Part shown: positions 9,509-20,073 of the stretch, one piece after another | How the letters are laid out: every line of letters begins with the position of its first letter | How positions within the stretch are numbered: position 1 is the stretch's first letter | NCBI GenBank assembly: GCA_963825135.1 | Contig: CAWGRW010000009.1 | Coordinates: forward strand, 256,001-320,000 | Origin: an uncultured bacterium | GTDB lineage: Bacteria; Desulfobacterota_D; UBA1144; Nemesobacterales; UBA2774 | DNA length: 64,000 bases | Direction: 5' to 3' | Translations under genes and position numbers: made by a program | Notes under the pieces: generated by a model | The model's input: only the letters and a program-made list of their open reading frames with translations | What the model was told of the DNA's origin: nothing | Database searches by the model: none

Positions 9509-9901
9509 ATGAGAAGCAATACACCCCTCGTAACATCGATAGTCGCAGCCATAGTCACAATGGGCTTGATTATTTCCTGGAGCACAGGCGCGTTCACACA
9601 GGACGCCGGGCCCTGCGCCGGGGACATACAGACGCTATGCCCGGGCATACAGCCGGGGGGCGGCAAGCTCTCCGGGTGTCTCAAGGAAAACGCGAGCAAG
9701 CTGTCGCGGGGCTGCAAGATTCACATGATCAAGATCGCGAAGCAGGTGGAGAAGGTCGGCCAGGCGTGCGAGGACGACATAGCGACGCTATGCGCAAGCG
9801 CAGGGGAGAAGAAAGCCCAGGTCATGCAGTGCCTCCAGTCAAACGAAGCCAGGCTCACTCCCGACTGCAAGTCGTCGCTGGCCGGCGCTATGGGGAACTA
9901 A
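9509..9901 (+). CDS. Exported cysteine-rich repeat protein
   Basis: Two C-x-x-D-I-x-x-L-C...CL...L(S/T)xxC repeats after a signal peptide. Confidence 0.8.
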   Translation: MRSNTPLVTSIVAAIVTMGLIISWSTGAFTQDAGPCAGDIQTLCPGIQPGGGKLSGCLKENASKLSRGCKIHMIKIAKQVEKVGQACEDDIATLCASAGEKKAQVMQCLQSNEARLTPDCKSSLAGAMGN

Positions 9902-9916
9902 GACAGGGACGGTATA

Positions 9917-10174
9917 TCACCGTCCGATTTCGGAAAGAATATAAGCGGCCGCTGATTCCGCCCAGTTCTCGGTGAGCGGCGCTTCCGTAAGCCATTTGGT
10001 CAGAACGCTCGGCCGGGCGAAATCCCCGAGCCTTCCGAGAACGTATGGAGCATAGAACATGGCCCACTCCTCGTGGCGCACGCCTTTTAGCACGGTCTGC
10101 TCGTACTCGTGATGCGCGGCGCCTGCCGCGCGCAAAGCTTCCGTAAGCCCTTCCTTTGTTGGCATATTGCTCAT
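9917..10174 (-). CDS. Hypothetical protein
   Basis: Compact ORF containing AAHHEYEQ...W..FYA.YVLGRLG; start may be at MPTKE. Confidence 0.55.
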   Translation of the reverse strand: MSNMPTKEGLTEALRAAGAAHHEYEQTVLKGVRHEEWAMFYAPYVLGRLGDFARPSVLTKWLTEAPLTENWAESAAAYILSEIGR

Positions 10175-10278
10175 GTGTTTAGTCCAGGGGAATGATAACC
10201 AAAATTTAATCGGAGGTAAAATTGCAGCGCGTGGAGGATTCGTATCCCCAGCATTCGGACTATGGGAACGATTTAAAA

Positions 10279-11712
10279 CTATTTCGGGGCCTTGGCCATA
10301 TTGTTTTCATCGTATATCTCCCATCCGCCGCCTAAAGACTTATAGACAGCGACGAGGGAGGTGTGGAGGTCGGTCTCGCTGGCGGCAAGCTGGGCCTGGG
10401 CCTGCAGCAGCGTGCGCTCGGCGTCGAGCACGTCAATGAAGTTTGCCACACCGAAGTCGTATCTCATCTTGGCGAGCTTCATAGCCTTCTCGCTCTCTAC
10501 TGCCGCTTCGACAAGGTACTTGTGCCTCTCTATCTCCTGATTATGGTTGACGAGCGCGCCGTCCACGTCCTCAATAGCGCTCAGCACCGTGAGCTGATAC
10601 TGGGCGAACGCCGCCTGGGTCTGGGCGTCCGCGGCTTTGACCCTCTGATACACACGCCCGAGATCGAAAGCAGGCCAGAAGATGTTGGGGCCGATGGAGT
10701 AAGCTTCTGCCCCGCTTTCGAACACGCCCGCGAACGTATCCGCCTGGAGCGATATGCTTCCCAATATGCTTATCCTCGGAAACAGGTCGGCCGTGGCGAT
10801 GCCTATGTCCGCCGTGAACGCCGCCAGGTTCCGCTCGGCTACCCTTATGTCGGGCCTCCTCTCCAGAAGCTCGACCGGGGTGCCTACCTTGATGACGTCG
10901 GGGACTTTGGGGAACGGCTTGGGTTCCAGGAGCTCGGTCAAATATGCGGTCGGCTGCTTACCCGTGAGGACGCCGAGTCTGTATATGGCTCTCTTCACCC
11001 TGGCTTCGAACGGCGGTATGAGTGCGAGCGTATTGTTGAGCTGCGCCCTTGCCCTTGAGGTGTCGAGCTCGGTCCCTCGTCCGCCTTCGAGCAGCGCGAT
11101 AGTGAGGTCGAGGGTGTTCTGCTGGTTGGCGGCGTTTCGCCTGGCGACATCCAGCTGGTTCTGCGCGCCCCGGAGCTCGAAATAGTTCCTCGCGACCTCG
11201 GCCAGGAGCGACACTATCACGTCCCGCCTGGTGGCTATGCGGGATTCGAGCTCGGCCGAATCGGCCTCTATAGTCCGCCTTATGCGTCCGAAAAAGTCGA
11301 GCTCCCAAACGGCGTCGAACCCCGCGTCGTAGAGATCGGCTTCCCTGTCAACGCCCGGGAAGACGGTCGACTCCCCGACTTTCTGCCTCGTGTAACTCGC
11401 GTTAAACGGCACTATAGGCGCAAGCTCGAACTCAGTCTCCGTCCTTAACGCCCGCGCCTCCATGATCCGCGCGGTAGCTATTTGTATGTCGTAGTTCCCC
11501 GTAAGCGCGTCCCGGACGAGCCTGTCGAGCACGGGGTCGCCAAACGCGCTCCACCACTCGATCTCTATCGAGTCCGTGGAGAAGTCCTTTGCGCCCGCGT
11601 CCTGAAAGGATTCGGGGAGCTCCGTCTGCGGGGTCTTGTAGTCAGGGCCCACCATGCAGCCAGCTGATGTCAGCAGGAAAATTATCAGTATAGACGCCGA
11701 TAGATATTTCAT
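10279..11712 (-). CDS. RND outer-membrane factor lipoprotein (OprN/NodT type)
   Basis: Start MKYLSAS with lipobox SAGC; WELDFFGR, RRPDIR and YKSLGGGW; ATGA overlap with the RND permease stop. Confidence 0.92.
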   Translation of the reverse strand: MKYLSASILIIFLLTSAGCMVGPDYKTPQTELPESFQDAGAKDFSTDSIEIEWWSAFGDPVLDRLVRDALTGNYDIQIATARIMEARALRTETEFELAPIVPFNASYTRQKVGESTVFPGVDREADLYDAGFDAVWELDFFGRIRRTIEADSAELESRIATRRDVIVSLLAEVARNYFELRGAQNQLDVARRNAANQQNTLDLTIALLEGGRGTELDTSRARAQLNNTLALIPPFEARVKRAIYRLGVLTGKQPTAYLTELLEPKPFPKVPDVIKVGTPVELLERRPDIRVAERNLAAFTADIGIATADLFPRISILGSISLQADTFAGVFESGAEAYSIGPNIFWPAFDLGRVYQRVKAADAQTQAAFAQYQLTVLSAIEDVDGALVNHNQEIERHKYLVEAAVESEKAMKLAKMRYDFGVANFIDVLDAERTLLQAQAQLAASETDLHTSLVAVYKSLGGGWEIYDENNMAKAPK

Positions 11713-14700
11713 TTCGTTATAGCGCTCCGGGACCTTCTGGATTCCGTGAACTTCCTGATGACGACGTAGAACACAGGGGTTAAAAAGAGGCCGAAGAACG
11801 TGACCCCGAACATGCCGCTGAATACCGACGTGCCCAGCGCCTGACGCATCTCGGCGCCCGCGCCGGCCGCAATCACCAGCGGCACCACGCCCAGTATGAA
11901 GGCGAACGAGGTCATCAATATCGGGCGGAGCCTGACGCGCGAGGCCTCGACCACGGCCTCCTCGCGGCTCTTGCCCGTCTCCTGATAGTCCTTGGCGAAT
12001 TCCACTATAAGGATCGCGTTCTTGCACGCGAGGCCCACGAGCACGACGAACCCTATCTGCGTGAGTATGTTGTTGTCCATGCCTCTCAGAAATAACCCCG
12101 TTATCGCGGACAGAAGACACATAGGCACGATGAGTATGATTGCGAGGGGCAGCGACCAGCTCTCATAGAGCGAGGACAAGATTAGGAATACGAACAGCAC
12201 GCAGAGCGGGAATATGAATAGCGACGTTTTACCCTGCGTGACCTCCTGATAGGCGAGGTCGGTCCACTCGAATCCCACGCCCGCGGGCAGTATCTGCCCG
12301 GCAAGCTTGTCCATCGCTTGAATCGCCTGTCCCGAGCTGAAGCCCGGCAGAGTGGCGCCGTTCACCTCGATCGCGGGGAAAAGGTTGTAGCGCACGACGC
12401 GGTCCGGCCCCGTTTCGCTCTTTATGTCGACAACCGAGCCCAGGGGGACGGAGTCCCCGTTCGCGCTGCGCGTCCTTAGCTTCGCGATATCATCCGGCTG
12501 CTGACGGAAGCCCCCTTCCGCCTGCGCCGTGACGCGGTACACGCGGCCGAACAGGTTGATGTCGTTCACGTACACCGAGCCCAGATACACCTGAAGCGTG
12601 TCGAAGATGTTGGTGAGCGGGACGTCCAGTTTCTTTGCCTTGGTCCTGTCGACCTCGGCGTATATCTGTGGCGTCTTCGTACTGAACGTGGTGTACACCC
12701 TCGTCAGGCCCGGCTCCTTGTTCGCGGCCCCGATCAGGGCGTAGGCCGCCTTCTCGAGCTCCTTTAAGCCCACGCCGGAGCGGTCCTGGACCATCATCTT
12801 GAACCCGCCCGCCGTGCCTAGTCCCCTGACCGGCGGGGGAGAGATGACTATCAATCTCGCTTCCTGTATAACCGAGAGCCTCTGGCTCAAGTCCGCGATT
12901 ATCTGATCGAGCGTGGGGCCGTTCCTGGCCCTCTCGCTGAACGGGTCGAGCGGGGTGAATATGACGCCCGCGTCCGAGCTGTTCGAGAACGTGGACCCGG
13001 AGAAGCCCGCAAACCCTACCGCATAGGCGATGCCCGGCGTATCGAGGATGATCTTTGTCGCGCGGGCGATGACGGCGTCGGTCCTCTCGAGGGACGCGCC
13101 GTCCGGAAGCGCTACGTCCACGATGAGATACCCCTGGTCCTGAGCGGGAATGAACCCTGAAGGCACCCTCGTGAACCCGATGTACGTGAGTCCGATGAGC
13201 CCGCAATAAACGATTATGGCAATGGTGCTGAAGCGCAAAAGCCTGTTGACGGAGCTTCCGTAAGATTTTGACGCACGGGCGAAGAAGCGGTTGAAACCGC
13301 CGAACACCTTCTTGAGAGCCAGGTTTACGTAAGGCCCCGCGAACCATCCGGCGGCGCATCCGGCGGCGAATAACACGATCCGGACCGCCCAAAGGGCCGC
13401 AGTGCTTTCAGAAGTCGCCGCGGGGTCGTAACCGTTTCCGGGAATATGTATTCCGAGAAGAGAAGCAACATAACCTGTCAGCAGTGAATACGCCGCGAAG
13501 CCCGCAATTGCGGCTATGCCCACGCGCGGCAGCGGCTCCTGCTTTTCGGCCTCGCTATCGGGCTTGATGAGCTGTACCGCCCTGGCCGGCGCGAGGGTAA
13601 GCGCGTTTACGGCGGACAGGATAGTAGATACCGCGATAGTGAGCGCGAACTGCTTATAGAACTGGCCGCTTATGCCGGGGAGGAACGCGGTCGGTATGAA
13701 CACCGAGCTTAGCACGAGGGTGATGGCGAGCACCGGGCCCGTGATCTCGGCCATTGCTTTTAACGTGGCCTCCCTGGGCTCGAGTCCTTTCGACATCCAG
13801 CGCTTGATGTTCTCGACGACGACGATAGAGTCGTCCACCACGATGCCTATCGCGAGCACGAGGCCGAACATCGAGAGGTTGTTGAGCGAAAACCCGAAGG
13901 CCGACATGACGGCGAACGTGCCGACGAGAGACACTACCGCGTCTATCATCGGCAGGAGCGCGGCCTTCCAGTCCTGAAGGAATATTATGACGACTATGAA
14001 AACGAGCATGAACGCAACGAAGAGAGTGTGGTACACCTCGTTTATGGATTGCTGTACGAATATCGTCGGGTTGTAGACGATCCTGTATTCGAGTCCCTTG
14101 GGGAAGTCCTTGCTGATCCGGGCCATAGTTTTCTCGACGGCCTGTGCCGTGGCGAGCGCGTTTGACCCGGGGAGCTGGAATATGCCGATAGCCTGTGCGG
14201 GCTTGCCGTCGAGGTAACTGTTGACGCCGTAGTCCCTCGCTCCGAGCTCTACGCGCGCCACATCCTTTAAGCGGACGATACGCCCTTCTTCGCCCGTCTT
14301 GATGACTACGTCTGAGAACTGATCGGCCTCCACGAGCCTCCCGAGCGTGTTGACCGAGAGCTGGTACGCGTTGCCCTGGGGCACCGGAGGCTGCCCTATG
14401 ACGCCCGCGGCGACCTCGACGTTCTGCTCGCGGAGCGACTGCACTACATCGCTCACGGTCATGCCCATCGAGTATAGCTTCTCGGGGTCGAGCCACACCC
14501 TCATGCTGTATTCGCGCGCCCCGAACACGGTAACATTGCCCACGCCCTTTATGCGCGTGAGCACGTCATAGACGTTTATAAGTGCGTAGTTGCTTATGTA
14601 GAGCTGATCGTAGGTGTTATCGGGCGATACGAGGTGGACGACCAGCAGCATGTCGGGAGAGCTTTTCCTGACTATGACGCCTATGCGCCTCACCTCCTCC

Positions 14701-15059
14701 GGCAGCCTGGGTTCGGCCACGGCGATCCTGTTCTCGACCAGTACCTGGGCCTTGTCGATATCGGTCCCGAGCTCGAACGTTATGGTGAGCTGCATCTGGC
14801 CGTCGCTCGTCGACTGGGAGGACATGTAGAGCATGTCCTCGACGCCGTTTATCTCCTGCTCGAGCGGCGTGGCTACGGTATCCGCAATGACCTCGGGGTT
14901 AGCACCCGGGAAACTCGTGCGCACGACTATCGTCGGCGGAGTAACCTCCGGGTACTGGCTTACGGGCAGCGTGAAGTAGGCGATCAAACCGACAATTACG
15001 ATAAGGACCGAGAGCACGGTGGCGAATATCGGCCTGTCTACGAAAAACCGGGAGACCAT
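11709..15059 (-). CDS. HAE1 RND efflux permease (MexF-like)
   Basis: FFVDRPIFA, GIVVDDSIVVVEN, KNAILIVEFA and RLRPILMTS. Confidence 0.95.
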   Translation of the reverse strand: MVSRFFVDRPIFATVLSVLIVIVGLIAYFTLPVSQYPEVTPPTIVVRTSFPGANPEVIADTVATPLEQEINGVEDMLYMSSQSTSDGQMQLTITFELGTDIDKAQVLVENRIAVAEPRLPEEVRRIGVIVRKSSPDMLLVVHLVSPDNTYDQLYISNYALINVYDVLTRIKGVGNVTVFGAREYSMRVWLDPEKLYSMGMTVSDVVQSLREQNVEVAAGVIGQPPVPQGNAYQLSVNTLGRLVEADQFSDVVIKTGEEGRIVRLKDVARVELGARDYGVNSYLDGKPAQAIGIFQLPGSNALATAQAVEKTMARISKDFPKGLEYRIVYNPTIFVQQSINEVYHTLFVAFMLVFIVVIIFLQDWKAALLPMIDAVVSLVGTFAVMSAFGFSLNNLSMFGLVLAIGIVVDDSIVVVENIKRWMSKGLEPREATLKAMAEITGPVLAITLVLSSVFIPTAFLPGISGQFYKQFALTIAVSTILSAVNALTLAPARAVQLIKPDSEAEKQEPLPRVGIAAIAGFAAYSLLTGYVASLLGIHIPGNGYDPAATSESTAALWAVRIVLFAAGCAAGWFAGPYVNLALKKVFGGFNRFFARASKSYGSSVNRLLRFSTIAIIVYCGLIGLTYIGFTRVPSGFIPAQDQGYLIVDVALPDGASLERTDAVIARATKIILDTPGIAYAVGFAGFSGSTFSNSSDAGVIFTPLDPFSERARNGPTLDQIIADLSQRLSVIQEARLIVISPPPVRGLGTAGGFKMMVQDRSGVGLKELEKAAYALIGAANKEPGLTRVYTTFSTKTPQIYAEVDRTKAKKLDVPLTNIFDTLQVYLGSVYVNDINLFGRVYRVTAQAEGGFRQQPDDIAKLRTRSANGDSVPLGSVVDIKSETGPDRVVRYNLFPAIEVNGATLPGFSSGQAIQAMDKLAGQILPAGVGFEWTDLAYQEVTQGKTSLFIFPLCVLFVFLILSSLYESWSLPLAIILIVPMCLLSAITGLFLRGMDNNILTQIGFVVLVGLACKNAILIVEFAKDYQETGKSREEAVVEASRVRLRPILMTSFAFILGVVPLVIAAGAGAEMRQALGTSVFSGMFGVTFFGLFLTPVFYVVIRKFTESRRSRSAITK

Positions 15060-15062
15060 TAA

Positions 15063-16278
15063 TTACCCTCCAGTATTGCTCTCGGGATCTTTTATTACGA
15101 TTCCGGGTGTGAGGAAATTCTTTTCCTTGACGACTATCTCTTCTTCGACGGGGCTTACCTTCATCCCGGGCATCGCCCTCTGAAGCCCGTTGACTATTAT
15201 CCGGTCATCCGGGCCAACGCCCTGTCTTATCACCCTCAACCCGTTCACCCTGGGCCCGAGAGTGACCTGGCGGTACTCGACCGTATCTTCGGGGTTGACC
15301 ACCATGACAAACTTCTGTGACTGGTCGCTCCCGACCGCCTCGTCGGGCACGAGCAATGCCTTGTACTGCCCGCTGCCCGTGATCTTCATCCGGGCGAAGA
15401 GTCCCGGTGTGAGCGTGTTGTCCGGATTGGGGAATACACCCCTTCCTCTGATAGTCCCGGTATTCGGATCCATCCTGTTGTCTATGAAGTCGACGTATCC
15501 CTTGTGCGGATAGCCCGTCTCGTTAGAGAGCTCCATGAAGGCCGGGCTTTCACCCTTCCTGGAGTCGGGCATCTTCCCCTCCTTCTCGAGGTTGGTGTAT
15601 CTGAGATAAGACTGCTCGTCGGCCTCGAAGTAGCAGTAAACCGGGTCGAGCGAAACTATGGTGGTGAGGAGCGTGCCGCCCGTGCCGCCGTTAATAAGGT
15701 TCCCTTCCGTTACGAATTTCCTGCTGATGAGACCGGTTATCGGGGCCCTCACCTGCGTGAACTCGACGTTTAGCCTGGCGGCGTTAACGTCGGCCTGCTG
15801 CCTGCTCGACGGACGCCTCGGCTACCTGCTCGTCGGAAGCCCTGGTGTCGGCCTCTTCTTCCGAGATCGCCCGCGCGCCCAGGAGGTGCTTCGCGCGACT
15901 GAGGTCGTTCTCCGCGAGAGAAAGGCGGGCTTTCGCGAGCTTTGACTGGGCCAGGGCCCGGTCAAGCTCGGCCTGATAGGGCCTCGGGTCGATTACGAAA
16001 AGCAGGTCGCCCTTTTTCACCGTCTGTCCGTCCTTAAAATGTATGGATTCCAGATAGCCGCTTACGCGCGCCCTCACATCCACCGTATCGACGGCTTCGA
16101 GCCGCCCCGTATATTCGTCCCACTCCACTATCTCCTCGGCTACGGGCTTGCTCACCGTAACCTTGGGCGGCGGGGGCGGGGGGGCTTGACCCTGCTTGCA
16201 AGCGCTAAGCGTTAAACCCAGAACAGCGAAAACGAGTAAAGCCAGACCGGTCCGTAAAATAGTCATATGCATCTGCAT
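15063..16278 (-). pseudogene. RND periplasmic adaptor (MexE-like) split by a 1-nt insertion near 15798
   Basis: 5' part (LSAC lipobox, EWDEYTGR) and 3' part (DVNAARLNVEFTQVRAPITG...) are in different frames; may be a sequencing error. Confidence 0.85.
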
Positions 16279-16351
16279 CGCGTCCTTTTGTTATACTTTA
16301 GGGTTAATCAAGTTATAATTTTTCCGATATAATTCAATAATCACGGCATAT

Positions 16352-16373
16352 TGTAAGTAAGTACTTACTTACA
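16352..16373. promoter_or_regulatory. Perfect 22-bp palindrome, candidate TetR-type operator
   Basis: TGTAAGTAAGT-ACTTACTTACA, about 75 bp upstream of the efflux operon. Confidence 0.7.
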
Positions 16374-16652
16374 TAGAACCTACCAGCCCAGTTACTATGT
16401 GTCAAGGCGGACGCCGTTATGAAGACAAAGCTGCGGATGCCCGAGCGGGAAAGCCCTTCGCCGGCTGTGCGCCCGGTAATCGCGTGTCATAGCAAGTTCG
16501 ATGCGTTCCGGCAAAAAAAGATTCCGCTCGTTTCACTTTGCGTATTCCTTCCTACTCTCTTGAGAAACCATATGAAAAAGCTAACTTAAAACATTGGCCG
16601 GTTTCCGGCGGCTTGAAATATTCAGGTATAAATCCCCGGACCCTATATGGAC

Positions 16653-17876
16653 TCAAACTTTATATCTACTGAACTCGAGCATAAGCTGCTTCAGGTATTC
16701 CGATCCCGAATCCGCTATCCGGTTCTTGATGTTTTTCCATTCATCGATAGGGATTTCTAAAAATATGTCGACCACTCGGGGATCGAACTGGGAGCCTGAA
16801 GCCTCGGTTATCCTCTGAACGGCATCCTCGAATGGAAGAGCCTGCCTGTAACTTCTTCTGGAAGTCATAGCGTCAAGGGCGTCCACTACAGAAAATATCC
16901 TCGCGCCGAGCGGTATATCATCCTTCGACATCCCCGCCGGGTACCCTCGTCCGTCGTACCTCTCATGATGAGTATGAACTATCGCAGCCGACTCATCGAG
17001 AAAATCTATGTTCTTAAGCAGCTTATAGCCAAATTCCGCATGCTTCCTCATCAGTTCCCATTCTTCATCGGTGAGCTTGTCCGATTTGAGCAAGATATGG
17101 TCGGGAATGCCGATCTTCCCGATATCGTGCAGGAGAGCGCCTTTGGCTATCACCGACAACTCTTCATCGTTCAGTTTCGCATGTTTTCCGAGATTGACCG
17201 CGTACTCGGTGACCCTGTATGAGTGATAACCCGTTTCATGCTCCCTCAGGTCGAGCGCGAGTATCATGGCTTCGAGTGTTCCGGAATACGCTCGTACAAG
17301 CTCATTCTGCTGCTCCCTTATCGCCTGAGTCGCCTCCTGAACCTTCTCATTCAAAGTCTCATTGAACCTCTTTGTCTGCTCGAGCAGCTCGATGTTGCTC
17401 CTGTGCGTGTCTTCTATGTTCTGAAGCATTTCGTTGAACGAGCCCGCGAGTATGGAGATCTCGTCTGCTTCTCCGACGCTCTTGATCCTGTAGGAGTAAT
17501 CCCCCTTCTTCACGGTCTTTGTCGCGTTTATCAGCCGCTCTATGGGTCTTGTGATCTTGGCCGGAAATAGTATCGCTATTATTCCGGCGAAAACGAGAGA
17601 TACGCCGACAATGATCAATACATATCTGTAATTGTATTTGAGCTGCTCATCGACTAGTGCTACTGCCCGGTCGACTATCTCTTTACCGAACCCCGGGTCA
17701 GACTCTATCTTATTATCCGGGTTCGAGAACAATTTATAGAGAGTGGAATAGCGCCCTTCAAGGTTCGAAGCCGCGTCGTTCAATCTATAGACGTTGTATA
17801 TGAAGAGGCCCCCTATAATGATCATAAGAATCAGCATGAGGCCGAACCCGAGTCTGATCTGTTTACTGAGCTTCAA
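16653..17876 (-). CDS. Membrane-anchored HAMP + HD-GYP phosphodiesterase
   Basis: Two TM segments, HAMP domain, LLHDIGKIG and HHERYDGRGYP. Confidence 0.9.
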   Translation of the reverse strand: MKLSKQIRLGFGLMLILMIIIGGLFIYNVYRLNDAASNLEGRYSTLYKLFSNPDNKIESDPGFGKEIVDRAVALVDEQLKYNYRYVLIIVGVSLVFAGIIAILFPAKITRPIERLINATKTVKKGDYSYRIKSVGEADEISILAGSFNEMLQNIEDTHRSNIELLEQTKRFNETLNEKVQEATQAIREQQNELVRAYSGTLEAMILALDLREHETGYHSYRVTEYAVNLGKHAKLNDEELSVIAKGALLHDIGKIGIPDHILLKSDKLTDEEWELMRKHAEFGYKLLKNIDFLDESAAIVHTHHERYDGRGYPAGMSKDDIPLGARIFSVVDALDAMTSRRSYRQALPFEDAVQRITEASGSQFDPRVVDIFLEIPIDEWKNIKNRIADSGSEYLKQLMLEFSRYKV

Positions 17877-18021
17877 TTAATTGATCTCCCAACCCCCATC
17901 GAATTAGAAGTAAAATAATTCTACCCGCTTTTCTTACAGAAAATTATATGTGTTCAAAAAGTGAAATTAACAATCTCTTAGAGGAATAGGACAAAGTAAA
18001 TCTAAGAAGTGGTGGATCTTG

Positions 18022-18068
18022 CTGAGATAATTGGCAGCGGGGGGAGGATTTGAACCTCCGGCCTTCGG
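18022..18068 (-). repeat. Degenerate copy of tRNA-Met 3' end plus trailer (att site 1)
   Basis: CTGAGATAATTGGCAGCGGGGGGAGGATTTGAACCTCCGGCCTTCGG versus 34180-34226; 2 mismatches. Confidence 0.9.
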
Positions 18069-18091
18069 CTTCCGTATCCGAGGCCCCTCTT

Positions 18092-19571
18092 TCATTTCCC
18101 AAACCTCTTAAAGTCGATATATCCGTGCTCCACATCGGTTCGGACGAGCTTCACGCGGAGCCTGTGGCCGACGTCGAGCCCCTCAAACCCTTTCACCAGC
18201 TTACCCTCGACGGGCAGCTGGAGCAGACGGACCCACGTACCCTTCTCGGATGCGCCGGTTACGATGGCATCGAACCGCTCTCCGATTCTCGGTTCAAGCA
18301 GTATTGCTGCGGCAGATTTTCCGATCTGACGTTCGACCTTCCTTGCCGCGTCCTCCTGTTCCGTACAATGCTCCGCGAGCGCCAGTAATTCATCGTTCTC
18401 ATAGGGCGAGGGACGTCCTGCCACTGCTGCTTTCAGCAGCCGCTGGGTGATCAGATCGGGATACCTGCGGTTAGGTGCCGTGGAGTGACTGTAATCACTG
18501 ACCGCGAGACCGAAGTGCCCGGGCGCGCTTTCGCCCTGTAATTGGGCGACGTATTCACCGCTGCCCATCATCTTGATGACGCTGAGGGAAAGATCGGGGA
18601 ACCGGAGAGGATCGGCGGCTTTCGCCCATTCCAGGAATTGCTCCAGGGCTTTGGAGTCGGGCTTCGGGGTTAGCGTGAAGCCCCGCTCCGAGGCGATCTC
18701 GATGATCCGGTCCCAGCGTTCGGGCGTGCGGACAACGCGCCTGCAGCGATGGAAACATTTTGGACTCGAGGTACCGTGCGGTAACGCCGTTCGCGGCGAC
18801 CATAAAGTCTTCGATAAGCTCCTTGGCCCTGTTCTTGCTTTCGGCTGCAAAGTCCCTGATAACATTTCCGTCAAACACCGGATGCGCTTTAATTGTTTCG
18901 AGGTCGAGCGCGCCGTTTGAGTGCCTGAGGGCCTTTAGCTTCTGCGCCACACGGTCCTGGAGCCGGAGATTCTCGTCAAGACCGTCCACCGCTTCGACCC
19001 CTTGCGGCATGGGCCCGTTACCCTCAAGCCAGTCCCCGACGCTGTTGTAGGCAAGCTTTGCGCGGTTGCGGACAATCGCTCCATAAATGCTCGAAGACTG
19101 AAGAGTTCCATCCCCGGCGACGACCATTTCTACAACGACGGCAAGGCGGTCTGATTCATAGTTGAGAGAGGTAAGATCGGTCGAGAGTTTCTCGGGAAGC
19201 ATCGTAAATATCTCGGCGGCGGTGTAGACCGAGGTGGTGTTCTGCCAGGCGTGATCGTCAATTGCCGACTTCTTCTTTACCATAGCGTCAACATCGGCGA
19301 CGGCGACAAGGATCTTAACGGCCCCTCCGGTCATGGCTTCGGCGACGGTAAGCTGGTCCAAATCACGCGAATCATCGTTGTCTATCGAGCACCAGATAAG
19401 GTCACTGAGATCGCGCGCGGACTCGTCAGCTTGTGCCGCAGGCCCGTGGATTCTGTCGAGCTCGTCGAGCTCCTCGGGCGAGAAATCCGGATTTAGTCCT
19501 CTTTCAAACATCGCCCGCCGCGCTAGTCTTTGTAATATTAAGCGGTGATTTCCGTCATCGGTGGCCGTCAT
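18092..19571 (-). pseudogene. RNB-domain (RNase II/R family) ribonuclease with a 1-nt insertion near 18744
   Basis: SIDNDDSRDLDQ, IEDFMVAAN, HSTAPNRRYPDL and a C-terminal S1-like region; two frames. Confidence 0.85.
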
Positions 19572-19684
19572 AATTTCACTCCCTTAAAAAATACATCACC
19601 TTTTACGCTATGATAATGTAGCCAATAATAATTATTCTTAAAAGAGTATAGGCTTTGAATGGATAGCTGCGCAGGTTATTGATG

Positions 19685-19724
19685 TAATTGGTAGCGTGGG
19701 GAGGATTTGAACCTCCGACCTTCG
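19685..19724 (-). repeat. Degenerate copy of tRNA-Met 3' end (att site 2)
   Basis: TAATTGGTAGCGTGGGGAGGATTTGAACCTCCGACCTTCG; 1 mismatch to 34186-34225. Confidence 0.9.
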
Positions 19725-19797
19725 CGGGCATATTTCGACTTACTCTATTTTTCAACCGGTTGAAAAGTGGAGTAATTCAAAGAACCACCCTTTAAAG

Positions 19798-19930
19798 TGA
19801 CCTGCCCCCCTATAATAGGTCCATAGTATAAGTTTGCAATTCGATAAAGAAACGTTTTTACAACAACTGATTAGGGAGAGTAATAAAGAGAAATTTCGTA
19901 AGTTATTTGGGTTTAGAGGGGAGCAGTACA
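19798..19930. mobile_element. Miniature element M1 with IS3-like ends
   Basis: Starts TGACCTGCCCCCCTATAATAGGTCCA and ends GGGGAGCAGTACA; near-identical to 27882-28014. Confidence 0.75.
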
Positions 19931-20073
19931 TCTTTACACAGAGACCCACTTATAATTCCGTTGAGCTTAAGAAGGTAATGTAGTAAAATGGAAATAAGAT
20001 ACAATCCGGAGGACCTAATCTAGCTAGAATATTATATAGTTCCAACCTTGTATTTATTGTAATTGGTAATATC

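Noticed and set aside
11713..12120. N-terminal extension of the 613-aa outer-membrane factor ORF
   Set aside because: Overlaps the RND permease; the lipoprotein signal starts at 11712
16380..16560. GC-rich intergenic stretch as a riboswitch or ncRNA
   Set aside because: No recognisable conserved motif by eye; needs an Rfam covariance search
18022..19724. Additional tRNA genes
   Set aside because: Only the 3' 35-40 nt are present, with no anticodon or D arm; these are att copies
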